Assembly: GCA_032718475.1 (NCBI GenBank)
Contig: JAUCBJ010005936.1
Location: 1 to 50,798 of the forward strand
Direction: 5' to 3'
Source of the DNA: Nemertoderma westbladi
Taxonomy: Eukaryota > Animalia > Xenacoelomorpha
DNA length: 50,798 nucleotides
Part shown: in pieces, positions 49,576 to 50,798 of the stretch
How the letters are laid out: every line of letters starts with the position of its first letter
How positions within the stretch are numbered: the stretch's first letter is position 1
The notes under the pieces: generated by a model
What the model was told of the DNA's origin: nothing
Seen by the model: the letters and a program-made list of their open reading frames with translations, nothing else
Database searches by the model: none
Program-made: the position numbers and the translations under genes

Positions 49576-49762
49576 CCTGATAAGCCGGCATTCATTCTCA
49601 ATGCACGCTGCATTTTTAGCAAGCCGAATGCGAATTGTGTCACTTAAGTTTTCTGGTCATTTAGGCCTACTTATTAACCAAATTAGATCTACATTAACTG
49701 AGCTCACTACTGTCTAGCCTGTTTGTCGCAATAATTATTTTAGAAGTAGAAGCTGAATAACC

Positions 49763-50288
49763 AATAATTAAGAATTATATTTATTTATTTATCAAGCAAG
49801 ATAAGTAAAAACCTTACCGGTAGGTGTGTTAGTTCCAAAGTATGTAAAAAAACTAAAAAGCAACTAGAACTAGACGTTGCATCAGCTGACAGCAGCAAGC
49901 TGATCGGTAGGTCTTGCAAAAGCTTGATATTTATTACCTTCAAACACGCAAACCCGCTATCAACAAGCAGAAACGTGATTGGCGTAAGTTTGTGGTGCTG
50001 CTTCCCAGTGGTTAGTTACCTACAGACCTCTCTCTTCATTTCAATACTCGTTCTGTCTCCCTTTGTGAATTTCTCTCTACATTTCCTGGCTTGGCCTCCT
50101 GAGAATGCCTTCAGCTGCGGGGCGAAACCTACCGATCAGCTGGCTGCTGTCAGCTGATCACTGATTGCATGCAACGTCTAGGTCTTGTTGCTTTTTAGTT
50201 TTTTACATACTTTGGTACTAACACACCTACCGGTAAGGTTTTTTACTTAACATGCTTGATAAATAATATAATATAATTTTTAATTATT
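49763..50288. mobile_element. Foldback MITE with ~155-bp inverted arms, intronic
   Basis: 49763-49918 is reverse-complementary to 50121-50288 (e.g. ACCTTACCGGTAGGTGTGTTAG / CTAACACACCTACCGGTAAGGT). Confidence 0.85.
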
Positions 50289-50711
50289 TTAGAGTAGCCT
50301 CAACTCAACTACTGTAGTAATAAATATCCCAACTCTGGAATATCGTTTCCTCTGTTACGATCTGGTGGCTCCTAAAGCCCCCAGATCAAAGTATTTCGTA
50401 TTAATTCTCTGAAATCCATTCCGTTATTTTGTGCCCCCCGATTAGGACCCCATCCCACTCAGGTCCACAACTTTTGATCGGTTACAATAATTGCAGTTTA
50501 TTATGTTGCATCACGGTAGGCAGAACAGATTAAACGACTTCTACGTCTCTCTATTCTGGACTCTCCCTAAATCTAATCTGCATCTAATGCACTCTCACTA
50601 TCTATTCACCTTCTATTCAATTACTGTAAATAAATATAAAAATAAATAAATTAATTGTTTTATGTTGCACTGCACTGCACTGCACTGACAACTGCACTCA
50701 TTCTTCCTCAG

Positions 50712-50777
50712 GTTCACTTCTCACTCAGGGTCGTCCCAGTTCCGCATCCAGCCGTCGACTCCGTACCGATAACACCG
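50712..50777 (+). CDS. Uncharacterised multi-exon gene, exon 7 (gene continues beyond window)
   Basis: TTCTTCCTCAG acceptor; GSLLTQGRPSSASSRRLRTDNT; G|GTTAGT donor; 66 nt, phase 1-1. Confidence 0.7.
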
Positions 50778-50798
50778 GTTAGTATATTATGTTGCATC

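Overview
AT-rich animal (metazoan) genomic DNA; the host taxon cannot be identified from the sequence alone. 1-9051 is a head-to-tail train of five non-autonomous Helitron-type elements (A-B-A-B-C; TC...hairpin-CTAG). Each carries ~146-147 bp internal repeats containing a bipartite CTCF-like motif. 9052-15011 is a nest of MITEs and DNA-transposon remnants, a 20-bp minisatellite and an orphan 202-aa ORF. A 41-bp array (15.1-18.6 kb) precedes an intronless ABHD13 gene, followed by an orphan ~400-aa ORF, an E2F/CHR-type element and tRNA-Leu(TAG). From 25.5 kb to the window end, a phase-consistent 7-exon uncharacterised gene can be rebuilt by eye. Two of its introns are inflated to 11.2 and 8.9 kb by tandem arrays that are amplified copies of the gene's own splice sites (251 acceptors, 47 donors), plus a 5.5-kb 12-bp satellite. 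The long ORFs called at 43-48.7 kb are satellite artefacts. No CRISPR array is present. All calls were made by eye with no database searches.
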